Part shown: positions 63,001 to 64,000 of the stretch, in pieces
Layout: every line of letters starts with the position of its first letter
How positions within the stretch are numbered: the first letter of the stretch is position 1
Assembly: GCF_026168755.1 (NCBI RefSeq)
Contig: NZ_JAPFDR010000010.1
Coordinates: 17,487 to 81,486 of the forward strand
Length of the DNA stretch: 64,000 bases
Source of the DNA: Clostridium sp.
GTDB lineage: Bacteria > Bacillota > Clostridia > Clostridiales > Clostridiaceae
Reading direction: 5' to 3'
Notes under the pieces: generated by a model
What the model was told of the DNA's origin: nothing
Databases searched by the model: none
Seen by the model: only the letters and a program-made list of their open reading frames with translations
Translations under genes and position numbers: made by a program

Positions 63001-64000
63001 ACAAATTTCTAATAATGTTTCACTGGCTGGATTATGAGTAACACGTATTGCATTAACTCCCATTTCCTTCATTATTTCCATTTGTCTTTCTACAGCTCTA
63101 TAATAAGATGCTGCCCCTAAAGACCCTTGATCATGGTGCATACAAACACCCTTAAGCTTCATCATTTCACCATTTAATGTAAATCCTTTATCTCTATCAA
63201 AGTTATAATATCTAAATCCAAAGTCAGTAAAATAAGTATCTACAACTTCGTCTCCTACTATAACTTCTGTTTTTACTTGATACATATTAGGGTTATCAGT
63301 TGACCAAAGATTTGGATTATTAACCACTACTGTTTGTTCAACAGTTTTAGTTGCATCTTTTGCAACATTTTCAGTAGTTGTTACTGGTTTACTAACTGCT
63401 TGTCCATCTGTGTCTATTATAGTAGTCTTAACTGTAACATTTGAATTATCTAAAGATTCATTTTCAATAACTGTTTCTACATTTACATCTACAGCGCCAT
63501 CTTTTTGCTCTTTAAGATTTGGAGTAGTAACAGTTGTTCCTAAATGAGAAACATGTATAGAATCTGTAACACTTAATGTAACATCTCTATAAATACCACT
63601 TCCTGAATACCACCTACTTGTTGGTACAGGATTAGAAACTTTTACTGCAATTATATTTTCAGTTTGTCCATCACAAACTAATTCATCTGTAATATCAAAA
63701 GCGAAACCTGTATATCCATAATTATGTTCTCCTACCTTTTGTCCATTTACATAAACTTCAGCATTCATGTAAACACCATCAAAATTTAAAGTAAAATCTC
63801 TACCTTCAAATTTTTCTGGAACTACAAAATGTTTACGATACCATCCAGTACCACCTAATAGAAATCCACTTTCAGCTTCCCCCTGAACTGTGAATTCACT
63901 TTCAATACTCCAGTCATGTGGTAAATTTAAATTTCTCCAAGCTGAATCATTAAAATCTGTTCCTTCAGCTCCAGATGGATTTCCCTTAAAGAAACGCCAA
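60097..64000 (-). CDS. Secreted GH2 beta-galactosidase with Ig-like domains and a C-terminal dockerin (5' end off the window)
   Basis: The frame stays open to 63999 (WRFFK...LPHDWSI); GVCMHHDQG, WSIGNE, SET; dockerin repeats DINGDGDITIGDL / DINKDGVVNTDDL. Confidence 0.9.
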   Translation of the reverse strand, partial: WRFFKGNPSGAEGTDFNDSAWRNLNLPHDWSIESEFTVQGEAESGFLLGGTGWYRKHFVVPEKFEGRDFTLNFDGVYMNAEVYVNGQKVGEHNYGYTGFAFDITDELVCDGQTENIIAVKVSNPVPTSRWYSGSGIYRDVTLSVTDSIHVSHLGTTVTTPNLKEQKDGAVDVNVETVIENESLDNSNVTVKTTIIDTDGQAVSKPVTTTENVAKDATKTVEQTVVVNNPNLWSTDNPNMYQVKTEVIVGDEVVDTYFTDFGFRYYNFDRDKGFTLNGEMMKLKGVCMHHDQGSLGAASYYRAVERQMEIMKEMGVNAIRVTHNPASETLLEICNRLGLLVINEAFDTWTNSKNGNGNDFSKYFNVEIDEDNKIINGETGMTWGEFEAKAMVNSSKNDPSVIMWSIGNEIFEGIGGDSSNYSTIAQDIIDWIKEEDSTRPVTIGDNKSKSNWENAQEINDIITENGGIVGFNYTDMSQFNSLLDKHEDWIAYDSETSSAVHSRGHYKTWGRDNSNLQMAEYDNDENRVGWGHSASNAWKYVIKNDRNAGEFVWTGFDYIGEPTPWNGVTPGSVSGQGPAPKSSYFGIVDTAGFEKDIYYLYQSQWNDEVNTLHLLPTWNSEDIYLNNGVATVQVFTDAYKVELYLNGKKIDEATAKENTTEAGYKYYTFGNDELYPTFNVTYEEGTLEAKAFDKDGREITNTEGRSSVTTTGEAVTVDLSADNTTIAADGYDLSYITVDLVDEDGNIVGGANNELTYTLEGNGKIVGLDNGDATDTDSYKPTTDTTGTRSAYNGKALVIVQSTKDAGEMELTVSGEGLASQSITINTENRAGEDKYLESYDIVKNYYVALGEKPELPKTVEGRYSDGTTANFNIEWNAYDEEILNTPQIVKLTGKLEGTDIAVVVNVHIIGDVVAMENYSTFTYSGTVPSLPKTVKGYLVDGGDSEDFVVNWDLEGKDFTNVGETVVINGKVQLLGKEYPVTASVRIVEALKNAANISINNETNNDIPKLSQSCTKTSDNLDSINNGIKNNSSNTNERWTNWGERELTVDGEPKGAYVQLDWSNKHAIDRLDLWLFTDNGAAKLPKKVEIRYKNDAGEYVVVPHTNTTEVSYLSGETTYRLDNVINTDSIRVYMQQSAVGNCIGLTEIAVYEYVPKVSANLSAVLSEIKLDGKPLDNFAPDKMEYTVEVEELPTIVEAIGQSNAAVTVLPIYNNKSLIVVRSEAGTKNVYTINYVLGDVEPELVLDINGDGDITIGDLSIVSKNFGNIVSGNELSEKSDINKDGVVNTDDLKLITDNIFGN

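Noticed and set aside
1-64000. tRNA, rRNA or CRISPR loci
   Set aside because: None recognised by eye; a tRNAscan/Rfam run would be needed to exclude small RNAs.

Overview
Low-GC Firmicutes chromosome; gene order and protein families resemble Clostridium sensu stricto. Almost all genes are on the - strand. Main result: a GidA/MnmG-related FAD-dependent oxidoreductase gene is cut into three pieces (35728-34944, 14541-14329, 4121-3842) by two independent integrated elements. Element B is 10,207 bp with a 12-bp core GCTTCAGTATGA at 4122 and 14329. Element A is 20,402 bp with core GCATG at 14542 and 34944. Each carries an intact SpoIVCA-like large serine recombinase ending within about 60 bp of an att core, plus an unannotated 51-aa ORF preceded by a sigma-K-like promoter (candidate directionality factor). 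Removing both elements at the cores restores one in-frame 425-aa ORF, suggesting a double skin-like, possibly sporulation-programmed rearrangement. The cargo is defence- and replication-like (Avs-like STAND nuclease, R-M, GIY-YIG/DUF2075 plus MazG, three AAA-PD-(D/E)XK paralogs, two Fic genes, HUH Rep, iteron-bearing initiator, IS remnants), and several cargo genes are broken by single-base lesions. The flanks are core genome: a sugar ABC transporter and acetyltransferase on the left; on the right a sporulation/segregation region (dacB-like, ytfI/ytfJ, scpAB, CobW cluster, mgsA, mpg, dacF, pdp, deoB, xerD-like, spoIIM) and two large secreted glycosidases forming a cohesin/dockerin pair. Family names come from recalled motifs, not from database searches.
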